From Eledone cirrhosa (lineage: Eukaryota), in NCBI GenBank assembly GCA_964016885.1, contig OZ024741.1, positions 364,188,001-364,252,000 on the forward strand: a stretch of DNA of 64,000 bases. Direction: 5' to 3'. Below the pieces are notes generated by a model. The model did no database searches. It was not told where the DNA came from and saw only the letters and a program-made list of their open reading frames with translations. The position numbers and the translations under genes were made by a program. Shown piece after piece: positions 40,661-52,106 of the stretch. The stretch's first letter is position 1. Each line of letters opens with the position of its first letter.

Positions 40661-42129
40661 ATGGTGATGGACAACACTTTTTTCCTGTATAAGCTTTTGC
40701 CTAGATAACATTGGTGTCATGGAAAGAGGGGGGAGGGCATTCTTGACTGACCAAGCAGGCAAAATCCATAGCCAGTTATGACTGAAAAGAACCCTTTCCT
40801 TCCTTCCTCTTCCAACAATATATTTGGTTTAGAATAGGTACATCATATCCTTGCAACTAAACGAGCTGATGCCAGAAAAGGTACCTGGCTGTAAAACATT
40901 GCTTCAAAAAGGACTCCCATAATGAGCATGAAACCTTTCATGGATGTGCAATGTTAATATTACATTAACATAGAAAATGGCCTTAAAACATTTGCTGCTC
41001 CCTTTAACCAATTCCAGAAGCCCAACAAAAACTCATGAGCATTAATTGTCTTCCTATGAGTAAACTCAATATCTCAATAATAATCTATGTAGTCTAATAC
41101 TTTAAAATACATGCTATTGTTTAAACTATAGCTAATATCAAATCATTTATGAAACCTCAAGGATCTATAGGAGTTGTGCAATATCTGGTTTGCATGGATG
41201 TTGTTAGGAGAGAATACTGGATGTTGCAAGTAGCTTTTCCTGTGTGAGGAACTGAGCTTTGCATTTTGAGCCTGCAAATCACTTCTCAATTTATAGTGCC
41301 ACAACCTCTGCTTAAAAAATAAATTGTATTATTTGTGGTACTTATTTAGAGTCAAGTCATCTCAGCTTCTGAGATTTAAGCATATTGCCTACAGATAACA
41401 ACATCACATTATATATCCTATGACATTCATGCTTTTATTAAATGTGTAGCAGATTTATAAATTAGACCTAGGAGAAAGAGTAGTGCCTGTAAAATTTACA
41501 GATTCTCCCATGAGCCAATGAGGAGTCGCTCAACCTGCTTGAAATAGTAGCCAAATGTCCCTCAAATCACACTTTAACATCTTACCTAAGAATAGGGTAC
41601 TTCTGGTCACCATCTTTCCTGGCTTCCTTCCACTTGTAACTCCTGGCACTTTTTCTTCTAATGTTCATCATCCATACACATTACATACCTATATCAGTGC
41701 AACTTTCTCTCCTCTATGCTTTCTCTTATGCTCTGTTTTTCTCTCAGCTCATTTGTGTTTTATAATTCATGCACACAAACATTATTCATCCAGTGGGGTA
41801 AGCTTTATTCATTTCTTTCCAGACATAGCATACCCTTCACTTGGAGAGAGAATTTCCCTTTGTTATCAACAGAGGTAGAAGCTCCATGAACCCTTTCAAC
41901 CCTGTTCTTATTCTATTGTTTAAAAATAGAATTTTTTGGTGACACATTATAGTTTGTTAGTGACATAAAATTAATGAAATGGTTTATCATCAATTAAATA
42001 TTTTATGTTTTACCTGTCAAATCCGATAAAGATTGTCAGATCCTAAATATACTCCAAAGCCAAATATTTGAAAAAATCTATCAGATTTGACTTAATTTCA
42101 TGACAAACCTAGAGAGTATAGGTGACATA

Positions 42130-42490
42130 CTTGATGCAGCATGGCTGAATATTTAAAAGATTTGCTTTACAATCAACAATAGGTCCTGAGTTTGATCCCA
42201 TAGTGTAGCATCTAAGGCAAGAGCTATTTACCATAGCCTCAGGTGGACCCATGCTTTGTGAATGAAATTGGGTAGATGGAAACTGTTTGGAAGCTTGTCA
42301 GATGGCCTGTACCTGTAATTTAAAAAGGCCAGCTTTGTTACACAGTGTATCATGCTGAAGTACCTGAGAATTATGTTAAAGGTACACTTGGCAGTAGAAT
42401 GTTTAGTCATTTGTGCATTAATTTCATGAACAGGCTATACCATTAATTGAACAACTGGAATACCAATTGTCAAAACTGATAGAGGTCCAA
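42130..42490 (+). mobile_element. tRNA-derived SINE, diverged
   Basis: Degenerate A/B boxes; 3' part similar to 63700-63875. Confidence 0.6.
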
Positions 42491-42807
42491 TCCACTGGTA
42501 ACACATTAAAGCATCATGACACACAGTTTGGAAGGAAATCTCTGGACTAGTTAGTATCTCACTCAATGAAAATTGTCTTTCAAATTTACTTAACCTAATG
42601 TAATTTGGAACTAAGCACTAACAAGCTCATCTGTATTTCTTGGAGTTGCAAGAATTATTTATTAAATCTTTCAGAAATTTCTGTTCATCAAGGATTAAAA
42701 CAATTGCTTGGACTCTTTAAATACTAACCCACCCGAAATTGCCTCTATTAAAGTGTTTGAATTTAAATGTAATCGGACTGAAATCTCATCATTATATGGC
42801 AGATAGA

Positions 42808-43025
42808 GCAGTGAATTGGCAGTATCGGTGGAGGGTCAGACGCCATGCTTTCCAGCATAGTTATGTCTCTTTATGGTCTGACTTCAAATCCCGCCGAGGT
42901 TAACTTTGACTTTCATCCTTACGGGGTCAATAAAATAAAGTACCAGTAACGTACTGGGGTCAATTTAATCGACTTTCCCCTCCCTCAAATTACTGGCCTT
43001 GTGCCTATACTAGAAATCACTATTA
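42808..43025 (+). mobile_element. Meta-like tRNA SINE (followed by an older copy at about 43085-43272)
   Basis: Same diagnostic blocks as 40474-40660. Confidence 0.85.
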
Positions 43026-43409
43026 AGTTGAAAGTTGAAGACAGCATTTTGGCAGATTTATTAGATTATTATCATCATCATTTAATGGATTAAATGCTGT
43101 GTGGTATTTGTTTTGGGGTTTCATGCTCTGAGTTCAAATACTGTCAAAGTCAACTTTCTTGTAATGCTTTCAGGATCAGTAAAATAAAGTACAAGTGAAG
43201 TTCTGGGGTTGATATTATCCACTTAACCCTTCTCCCAAAATTGCTGACCTTGTATTTAAATTAGAAATCATTAAATTGAAAGCTAGTTATTTCACGATAA
43301 TTCTTGATTGCTTTGATAACCCTTTTGGGACTGTATTTCTAATGAAATACACTCTATTTTATTTGAGGAAGAATTCTGAAGGATTTACTAAGATTATTAA
43401 TTATTTCAT

Positions 43410-43600
43410 AGGGCAGTGGATTGGCAGTATCGGTAGAGGGTCGGACGCCATGCTTTGACGTATAGAGTTACGGCCCTTGCCATTCTGAGTTCAAATTCCG
43501 CCGAGGTTAACTTTACCTTTCATCTTTACGGGGTCGATAAAATAAAGTACCAGTAATACACTGGGTAATTGCTGGCCTTGTGCCAAAAGTAGAAGCAATT
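43410..43600 (+). mobile_element. Meta-like tRNA SINE with 17-bp target-site duplication
   Basis: ATTATTAATTATTTCAT at 43393-43409 and 43598-43614. Confidence 0.88.
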
Positions 43601-43960
43601 ATTAATTATTTCATTACTAAGATAGTAACTTAACATATGATTCTTCTATAAATTTGTGATGGAAAGCTTTAATTTAAATAGAAACACTTTAAAACAAGTG
43701 GTTTTGTTTCGTAGAACCAGAGCAACATTTGGTTGGATTGATATCAAAAGGGTTGGGCTGAAGCTCCCTAAAAACCATCATTTGATTGTAGAATCTTGAA
43801 AAATAGTAACAAGAATCCACATTATCATTATATACAAGAATGCTTTAGATAGTAGTTAATTAGCAGTAGAACTAACACAGCTGGTTCATAATAGAGGAAT
43901 ATATGAAAACACATACAAAATCTATATTAGCTTATTTGCCTCAGTACTACATCAGTAAAA

Positions 43961-44003
43961 ATCACTGAAGATAGATAAAAATCCTGAAACACATGTGTTT
44001 GGT
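43961..44003 (+). ncRNA. Solitary minimal hammerhead motif
   Basis: ATCA-CTGAAGA-TAGAT AAAA ATCCT-GAAAC ACATGT GTT-TGGT; palindromic AACACATGTGTT; stem II imperfect. Confidence 0.6.
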
Positions 44004-45080
44004 GTTCTCATATGGTTACTGAGATAGCTGTGACATGATCACAGCTTAAACTATCAATACTCATGTATGTTTATAATACCTAAACATATAGTATATATTT
44101 TCATATATCTCTATTGTAGATAGTAACTATACTAATTCTTGCATTATCAACATAATGGTAAAAGTACAAAAAATCGCTCCACGAATTAGTATCATTAATG
44201 TAAGTAGAAATACAGAATGGTGAGTTCATGGAATCTACATTACCATGGTAACTGAAATTATAATTACTGGAGTAAGTAAAAATCTACTAGTAATGTCTAA
44301 TGTGCTAAGTAGATTAAGTTCCATCTTTATAACATTTCAATTCTTTTTTATGTGCGATTTTTGAGTGAAGAAGAATTATCCCAGCATGGGACAAATCCAA
44401 CATGGATTTATTTTATATGAAAATTCTATCAATGTAAGTCAGTAAAAAAAAAAAGAAAAGAAAATGAAAATAAAATAAAATTTCCTTACTTTCCATCACC
44501 ACCATTTTTCTTATCAATAAATATTTTTTCCTGATTAGATGAATGACTTGAAAAACTAAGAGCCAGAATCCAAACCAGAACCAAATCAATTTTCTTGACT
44601 TTTCATTTCATTTCCTGAAATATCCTGTTTGAAGATATGAAAGAAAAAGAAAAAAAAAATTAATTAAAAAATATATTAAAAAAACACAAGAATTTTTTTA
44701 AAAAGAAATATAAGAAGTATGCATGATTCATTGATTTGTCATCATAAGAATTGGCTGTGATGAGGAAAAGATTCTGTGTCGAGAAAAGAAGAAGTAAGCT
44801 TAAGAAGTTCACAAAAATTATAGAGGAGAGAAATTATAGTAGAATTTGTTGTTAATTTTCCCATCAGTACCCACAACATTCTTTTATGCTTTTATCCTTT
44901 TATTGGTTTCAATTCATTAGAGTGTAGCCATGATGAGACACAGTGATATATAAACACATAGACACTTCGGTTATTGAAAATTACAACTTTTCAATTTACA
45001 ATATTTTTATAAGTACACTGAATAGTTGACACTACCTATGAATAGCTTCCATCAATTTATTGTCACCAACATTAATTATA

Positions 45081-45232
45081 CCGTATTTCCTTCGTCCTCA
45101 AGGTCCACCCTAATTTTGACAACCAAAAATTTGAAAAAAAAAAGTAAACCACCTTCAGCCTCCAGGATGCATGGTAGATTTTTGAGACTTATTTTAGGAA
45201 AAAAGTACCATCTTTGTTGCCAGGAAATACAG
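45081..45232. mobile_element. Tc1/mariner (pogo/Tigger-like) MITE
   Basis: TIRs CCGTATTTCCT / AGGAAATACAG with TA on both sides. Confidence 0.65.
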
Positions 45233-46382
45233 TAAATAGTTCCATTATAGAATAATTCCATTCTTCCAATACAAATGCAGGCCTGCCAACCTCTAAAAAC
45301 CCAAATGGGGAGTACCATGAAAAAAGGTGCCCCAAAACGTGGAGAAATGAGGCAAAATGAGGAGATTTTACATAATGAAAGCTATACCCATTTTCACAAG
45401 AGAAGACATTTATCACCCACCCCAAAATGGGTGAGAGATCTCCCTGTTGGATGGGGAGAGTTGACAGGTCTGCAAATGTATATATTGATGGTCATGAATA
45501 TCTTTTAAATAGTATGACCCACAAGCAACTTTAGTAAGGTGCAACATCTTCTCCAAGGCAAGTTAGTTTTGAGTTCCTGAGACATCAATTATTTGGTTGA
45601 AATGTTGGTGATGCATTTAACAATATTTTACCCCATATTTCTCAGTGGTATCCAACTCTATGACATTTCATTTCTATTATTGTTATTGATTATTTTTTAA
45701 TATACTCTTGACATTTAAAGAACGGAAGTATTTAATAATGAAACTATTTACATGCTTGATTATATCCTCGATATCCTTCCATAGTTAACATTGGTGGCAG
45801 TAAATTGATAGGTCCTGTGATTGCTGAATTATTTAATAAATTTTGATTAAAAATGATGTCAATATATTTTCAAAAATATGATAACAATATCATTTGTAAA
45901 ACATTGAAAGATTTACATGTGGTTATCATTATTCCTTGAGTTCCTTTATCAAAATATCATAGTAAAACACTGAGTTCTCAGCCCCTCCTTTGTTTTACTT
46001 CTCACATACTCACTTATTCTCTATTTGTTGTTTGATAGCCTCCTAATTCTACATTCCCTCTTAATTCTACACTCCCTCTTTAACTCAACAGTAAACAAAT
46101 ACACTAAGCTCATTGTGTGTGTGTGTGTTTAGCAAGGGTAAAATATAATCCTATTTGCAAGTAGATAGCTATATAGAATATATGTTTACCAAATAGTTTT
46201 ATACAAAGCTGAATGTATTTATGAAGTTATGGGTGGAAGATATGAGAAATATTTTTAAGGTAAGAAATATAGAAAGATGTAAACACAGAGCAGACCCAAC
46301 CATAGAAAACGATAGAATATAGTTCCTATCTCATTTAATCTCTTACAATTGTTTTGGCATTACTACCGATCATTATGCAGTT

Positions 46383-46499
46383 AGTTCAAATCCCGTCGAG
46401 GTTAACTTTGCCTTTCTTCCTTACGGGGGTCGATAAAATAAAGTACCAGTAATACACTTGAATAATTGCTGGCCTTGTGCCAAAAGAAGAAACAATTAT
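46383..46499 (+). mobile_element. 5'-truncated Meta-like SINE
   Basis: Starts at the B box; Meta-like block and 3' end present. Confidence 0.8.
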
Positions 46500-46775
46500 G
46501 CAGTTAGTCAAAATGCAAGAAGATGGAATAAAAGTCTGTACAACATGTGCAAAGAAGGAATCAATGCCTCATCAGAAGCAAAGAATTAGCAGAAAATAAA
46601 ATATAAAAAACGCTGCAGGCCACTGGATGTTGAATTTCAATATGACGCACTACAAATTCAAATTTATTACTGTGTAGTAGTAAGGTATATTAAATGTGAT
46701 AAGAACTTTATTCTATATATATATATAAATGTAAGTATGCACACATACACACACACATATATATATACACACACA

Positions 46776-49700
46776 TCATCATCATCATCATCATCATCAA
46801 CGTTTAACGTCCGTGTTCCACGCTTGCATGGGTTTGGACGGGGGTAGTCCCACTTGAGGCAAGAGTGATTGTCTTGCTCGCATAGGACTGTCTGGCAGGT
46901 TTTCTACAGTTGGATGCCCTTCCTAACACCAACCACATTTACAGTGTGGGTCTGGGAGGTTTTTACCGTGTTGCCTACACGGCCACATTACAGCGTGGAC
47001 TGTGTGTTTTTTTTGTCGTGACACCTACACGATCTCATTTGTTTCGGCCTCGATGGCGCGGCACCAACATAACTTTACATAGAACGGGGTGGTGTGGATC
47101 GGGTGGGGGTGGGGGTGGTGGGACGGGGTGTATTTTGTTAGAGATGCCTACTGGCTGGAGTAGGTTTTACTATATATTTAGGTAAGGCGGGTCTTCTCTG
47201 TTACTGAGTACCGCCAAAGGTCTCGGTCCAGTGACATTGTCTTGGAGAGGTGTAAGTGTGTGATGTCGGAGTTTATCAGCTCGTCCCAGGTTTTTCTAGG
47301 TCTGCCTATTCCGTGACTACCGTCTATCTTTATTGCCCTGCACTTTGTTATACAGCTATCGACTTTCATGCGCATCACGTGTCCATACCAACGTAGCCTT
47401 CTCTCGAGTAAACAACATCTGATCCCTCTTATCTCTAATTTATTCCTTAGTTCGTTTATGCTTTGCCGTTCACGTATATTACTGTTACACATCCAGCGGA
47501 GCATGCAAGCTTCGTTCCTCTCTAGTCTGCGTATATCCTCTGCACACAATGCCCAGGTCTCACTGCCATGCAGCATTGCTGTTCGTATGCAGGCATCGTA
47601 CAACCTGCCTTTCATTTTTAGTGAGAACCCTTTAGCAGCTAATAGTGGTATAAGCTCTCTGAACTTTTTCCAACCAGTTCTGACTCTAGCTACAGTACTT
47701 TCAGAGCACCCTCCCCCACTGCTGATTTTATCGCCCAGGTAACGGAAGCTGTCCACTATTTCTATAGAACCCTCTGCGCAATTGAAAGAGCTAGTAGTTT
47801 GTGGGCACTTGCTGCTACTTATTGCACCAGAGCACCGGCCACATGTAAAATCTATGTTCTTAGTTAGCTTACCTGTGATCCCACTACATCTTTTATGCAC
47901 CCATACTTTGCATTTAGGACATAAAATGGAGTTTCTACCTACGCCTTTCCTACACACCGAGCACGACCATTTCCCAGAAGGGACCGCCGCCTTGTTTTCT
48001 TTCCTACAAACTAGTACTTTGGTCTTAGCCAGGTTAATTTTAAGTCCTTTTGACTCTAGGCCGTGCTTCCATGTTTGGAATTTCTTCTCTAGCTCGGCCA
48101 TTGATTCCGCTATGAGTGTCAGGTCGTCTGCGTATAGGAGTTCCCATGGGCAGCCTGTCTTGAACTCCTCTGTTATAGCCTGAAGGGCAATAATAAATAG
48201 TAGTGGACTGAGAACAGAGCCCTGATGGACGCCGACTTTTACGCTAAACTCTTCACTATATTCGTTGTTAATTCTAACCTTGCTGACTGTTTCTTTATAC
48301 ATGGCTTGTATAGCCCTCACAAGCCATTCGTCAACGCCTAGTTTTCTAAGAGCCCACCAGATAATGGAGCGGGGGACTCTGTCGAAGGCTTTCTCCAAGT
48401 CGACAAAAGCTAAGTAGAGGGGTTTACCTTTAGCTAGGTACTTCTCCTGTAGTTGTCGTACTATGAAAAGAGCGTCTGTGGTACTTTTGCCTGACACAAA
48501 CCCGAACTGCATTTCATCTAGGTCAATTCTCTCTCTGATTAGTTGCGCTATTACTCTTTCCGTGACCTTCATGACCTGGTCGATTAATTTAATGCCTCTA
48601 TAGTTACTCCTATCTAGGGCGTCTCCTTTACCCTTATAACAGTTAACGATGATGCTGCTATGCCAGTCCTTCGGAACAACCCCGTTCTGTACGACTTGGT
48701 TAACTATGCGGGTGACCATGGTGTGTCCCACCGTGCCAGATGCCTTCAGCATCTCAGCAACTATTTCCGAAGGCCCAGCCGCCTTACCAGTCTTCATATC
48801 CTTGATTGCCTTACTTATTATACTCCCCTCGACTAACACTGCTGGTCCCTCTATTGGGTCGATATGGGGGAGACTGCCTTTCTCCCAATTATTCTCCTCA
48901 TTTAGAAGCCTTTCATAGTGACACTTCCAAGCTACCTTCTTATCAGCGTCGGTGATGGCAAGTGTGCCATCGTCGTTTAGTACACACTTCTCCCCGACAA
49001 TATCACGGTTTTCCTTGACGCATTGCCTAGCAATCCTGAACACCTCACGTTTTTGGTCATCGCGTTGTAGAACATGCTTGAACTTTCTTTCCTCAGCTTC
49101 CCTTCTTGCTAAGTACACTTGTCTCCTAGCTTCCCTCCTGGCCACTTGATAGTCCTCTCTACTTCCCCCATCCCGCCATACTTTCCAAGCCTGCTTTTTG
49201 GCCTTAATTGACCCCTCCACCTTACTGTTCCACCACCATGTTACTCTCCTCCTGCCTACAGGCCTGCTCCAGCCACAGACCTCGTCTGTCGCCAACAGCA
49301 GGTTTGCTTTCAGAAATTCCCACTCTCCCTCTATATTGTCCGACTCTAAATGTTCTTCCTTACTGTCGAAAGCATCAAGTAATATGCTTTGAAATTTATT
49401 CCTGGCTGTGGGGTCCTTTAGCTTCCATATTTTCCTCCTGAGGATAGTCCTCTTCTGTTGTCGAGTACGTCTCGTCCTGACTATGAGGTCGCTAATTATC
49501 AGTCTATGTTGGGAGGTGCATTCTTCATGGGGGAGGGATTTAGTGTTAACAACAGACACTCTGTCACGTCTTCTGGTAAGGATATAATCTACCTGGCTTG
49601 TGTGTTCCCCGGATCTATAGGTGATCAGGTGATTGTCACGTTTTTTGAAGTTAGTGTTACAGATAGTTAGGTTATTTGCATCACAGAATTCCAGGATTCT

Positions 49701-50360
49701 GGAGCCTTCCTCATTTCTAGTACCAAACCCATAGCCTCCATGGATTTCGTCGTAGCCGTCACAATGTTGTCCAACGTGACCATTTAGGTCGCCTGCGATA
49801 ATTATATAGTCACTGTCGGATATTTGGGAGGTAGTTAGCATCAGTGTCTCATAGAATCTGTCTTTTATAGTGCCGGGCAGTCCGGATTGGGGTGCGTACG
49901 CAGATATTACTGTCACCGTAGTTCTATTGAGGACAAGTCGTATTTTAATTATTCTGTCGTTCACTCTATTTACGTCTATTATCTTATCTGCCCACTTTTC
50001 TGCTACCATGATTCCTACTCCACCCAGCCCATCGTCGTTTCCCACCCAGAAAAGCTTATAACAACGTTTTTTACCCTCAATGAACCTAGCAGACCCACCC
50101 CTCCACCTGGTCTCTTGAATACAACAAACATCGACCTCCTTACGTTCAAGCATTTCTACAACCTCGTTAGCGCGACCCTTTAGGGTGCCTACATTTATGG
50201 TACCAACTCTGAAGTTTTGGATTGCGTTTGGGGGTTGGGGGCGGTGAGGGGCGGGGGGCGATGGGGTTATGTTAGCCGTCCGCGGTCGAAACAATGAGGA
50301 GTGCTCGCATTCTCGTCCAAGGGGTGAATTTGTCTTTATCTTTGGCATTGTCGCTGAGCA
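46776..50360 (-). mobile_element. RTE-clade LINE with complete ORF, 3' UTR and (GAT)n tail
   Basis: Uninterrupted ORF, ~380-nt 3' UTR shared with many truncated copies, (CAT)n at 46776-46799. Confidence 0.97.
47178..50348 (-). CDS. RTE LINE polyprotein: AP endonuclease + reverse transcriptase + PHD-like Zn finger (1056 aa from MPKIK)
   Basis: GTINVGTL, CIQETRW, SAYAPQ, AGDLNGHVG, VDYIL, SQHRL; YRGIKL, QFGF, FVDLEKAFD, GVHQGSVLSP, LLYADD, FRYLG; the first 9 codons of the called ORF are mostly flanking microsatellite. Confidence 0.95.
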   Translation of the reverse strand: MPKIKTNSPLGRECEHSSLFRPRTANITPSPPAPHRPQPPNAIQNFRVGTINVGTLKGRANEVVEMLERKEVDVCCIQETRWRGGSARFIEGKKRCYKLFWVGNDDGLGGVGIMVAEKWADKIIDVNRVNDRIIKIRLVLNRTTVTVISAYAPQSGLPGTIKDRFYETLMLTTSQISDSDYIIIAGDLNGHVGQHCDGYDEIHGGYGFGTRNEEGSRILEFCDANNLTICNTNFKKRDNHLITYRSGEHTSQVDYILTRRRDRVSVVNTKSLPHEECTSQHRLIISDLIVRTRRTRQQKRTILRRKIWKLKDPTARNKFQSILLDAFDSKEEHLESDNIEGEWEFLKANLLLATDEVCGWSRPVGRRRVTWWWNSKVEGSIKAKKQAWKVWRDGGSREDYQVARREARRQVYLARREAEERKFKHVLQRDDQKREVFRIARQCVKENRDIVGEKCVLNDDGTLAITDADKKVAWKCHYERLLNEENNWEKGSLPHIDPIEGPAVLVEGSIISKAIKDMKTGKAAGPSEIVAEMLKASGTVGHTMVTRIVNQVVQNGVVPKDWHSSIIVNCYKGKGDALDRSNYRGIKLIDQVMKVTERVIAQLIRERIDLDEMQFGFVSGKSTTDALFIVRQLQEKYLAKGKPLYLAFVDLEKAFDRVPRSIIWWALRKLGVDEWLVRAIQAMYKETVSKVRINNEYSEEFSVKVGVHQGSVLSPLLFIIALQAITEEFKTGCPWELLYADDLTLIAESMAELEKKFQTWKHGLESKGLKINLAKTKVLVCRKENKAAVPSGKWSCSVCRKGVGRNSILCPKCKVWVHKRCSGITGKLTKNIDFTCGRCSGAISSSKCPQTTSSFNCAEGSIEIVDSFRYLGDKISSGGGCSESTVARVRTGWKKFRELIPLLAAKGFSLKMKGRLYDACIRTAMLHGSETWALCAEDIRRLERNEACMLRWMCNSNIRERQSINELRNKLEIRGIRCCLLERRLRWYGHVMRMKVDSCITKCRAIKIDGSHGIGRPRKTWDELINSDITHLHLSKTMSLDRDLWRYSVTEKTRLT

Positions 50361-50559
50361 TACATACACACACATATATACATATAAATATGTATGTATG
50401 GGTTATATTGAACATTAATAGTAATGTTCGATTTGTTTGTAAACAAACGGCCCAATTTGAAGCTGTGCCATGCCGGTGACCGATTGTCACCTGTTTCTGC
50501 AACACTGGCTTTGAGGAACAATCGACATGTTTTATATATATATATATATATATATACTT

Positions 50560-50875
50560 ATATGATAGCTCTATATGCAAATGAGGCTTATCAGCTCATG
50601 TACATAGTCTTCTAAACTATATGTTTTCATCTATGTTAAGTGGGCGAGGTTAGGAGCACTAGCTTGATAATGACCAGAGTCAGAAATAATGTCATTATCG
50701 CTAGTTACCTGTCCTTAGCTTCTGCTGGAACACGCTAGATGGCGCTATGCCATCAGTTTCCAAATTCAAAGCTGAAGGCTTTCAAAATGTTTATTATAAA
50801 CACACTGTATATCACCAGATATACAAATTCAGATATTTCATAAACATAGCTATGTTAGAGCTAATACCCTAATAA
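50560..50875 (+). mobile_element. Solo copy of the HHR-bearing element family also at 57175-57505
   Basis: Shared blocks ATGCAAATGAGGCT, AAACTATATGTTTTC, GCTTCTGCTGGAAC, GGCTTTCAAAATGTTTATT, AGCTATGT..GAGCTAA; (TA)n on both sides. Confidence 0.8.
50658..50705 (+). ncRNA. Hammerhead motif, perfect stems I and II, mutated core
   Basis: ACTAGC-TTGATAA-TGAC CAGA GTCA-GAAA-TAATGTCATTA-TC-GCTAGT. Confidence 0.7.
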
Positions 50876-50962
50876 TATATATATATATATATATATATAA
50901 ATTTTTTAGAAAGTAAACAGAGAACAAAAAACAGAAAAATGAAGAGGCAGTACGAATGTTAT

Positions 50963-51153
50963 TGCGGTGGATTGGCAGTATCGGTAGAGGGTTGGACGCC
51001 ATGCTTTGCAGTACAGTTACGTCCCTTTACGGACTGAGTTCAAATCCTGCCAAGGTTAACTTTGCCTTTCATCCTTATGAGGTCGATAAAATAAAGTACC
51101 AGTAATACACTGGGATAATTGCTGGCCTTGTGCCAAAAGTAGAAACAATTATT
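50963..51153 (+). mobile_element. Meta-like tRNA SINE
   Basis: A/B boxes and Meta-like block. Confidence 0.87.
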
Positions 51154-51181
51154 AGTTTCATGCTTGAGAGTGGGGGTGGGG

Positions 51182-51219
51182 GACGACGTTTCAAGCATAA
51201 GCCCTTCATCAGGAGAAAA
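51182..51219 (-). ncRNA. Hammerhead core at the end of a strand-asymmetric G-rich segment
   Basis: CTGATGA-AGGGCTTATGCTT-GAAAC-GTC; no stem I partner visible. Confidence 0.55.
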
Positions 51220-52106
51220 GTGGGTAGGAAAAGAGTTCTGAGGGTGTGTGGGGGAGTGGTGGAAAGACATTTTAAAAAAATGATTAAAAAGGGGGAGGAG
51301 AGAGAAAAGGGAGGAAAACAATTTTTTTTAGAGACTAAAAATATAAAAAAATAAATAAAAAGAAAAAGAAACAAGTGGTGAAAGGGTGTGAGGCGTGTAG
51401 GGGTGGTGGTGGGTGAAGGGGGGGGGTGGATAGGGGAGAGGGAGGCGGGGATCTGAGCAAGGGGGCTGAAGGTGGGGTGTGTGTATGTGTGTAGGTGTAC
51501 GTGTGTGTATGTGAATGTGAGAGTTGGGGGAAGAACGAGGTTCCATGTTCAGGTAAAAGGGAAACTGGTGTGTACATGGGGTGGGGTGTAAGTCGGTGTG
51601 TGCGTGTGTGGATATGTGTGTGTGTTTGTGGTAGAGAGGGTGTTAGTATTACTGGTGGTGGGGAAGGGGTTGAATGCGGGTGTGTGAGTAGGGGTTAGTG
51701 GTGGTAGTGTGTGTGTGGAGTGGGTGGTGTATCGGTGTGTACGTAGGTGTGGGTGAGTGTATGTTAGTAATATTAGTTGTGGGGTGGTCAGATGTGGATG
51801 TGTGGGTGGGGGTTAGTGGTGGTAGTAGGGTGTGTGAATAGTGAGTACGTGTATATATGTACAGGTGGGTGTGTGCGTGTGGGAGTGCGGGTGCTTGGGG
51901 GCGGGTGGGGATGTTAGTATTGTTAGTTGGGGAGAGGACCGTGGGGTGGAGGTGTTAATATTATTAGTTGTGGGGTGGGAGCGGTGAAACTGAGGAGTGG
52001 GGGTCGAATGCTAAAGGAAGAGGGGATGGGGAGTTCAGGGGCCGGTGGAGGGGTCTGTAGGGTGAAGGTATGTATGAGGGAGTGAAAGGTCCCCAGTTGT
52101 TGTCAC

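Noticed and set aside
47368-50183. Plus-strand ORFs overlapping the RTE ORF
   Set aside because: Antisense shadows of the LINE coding sequence
50478-50530. GATTGT/ACAATC stem with GAAAC on the minus strand
   Set aside because: No recognisable CUGANGA
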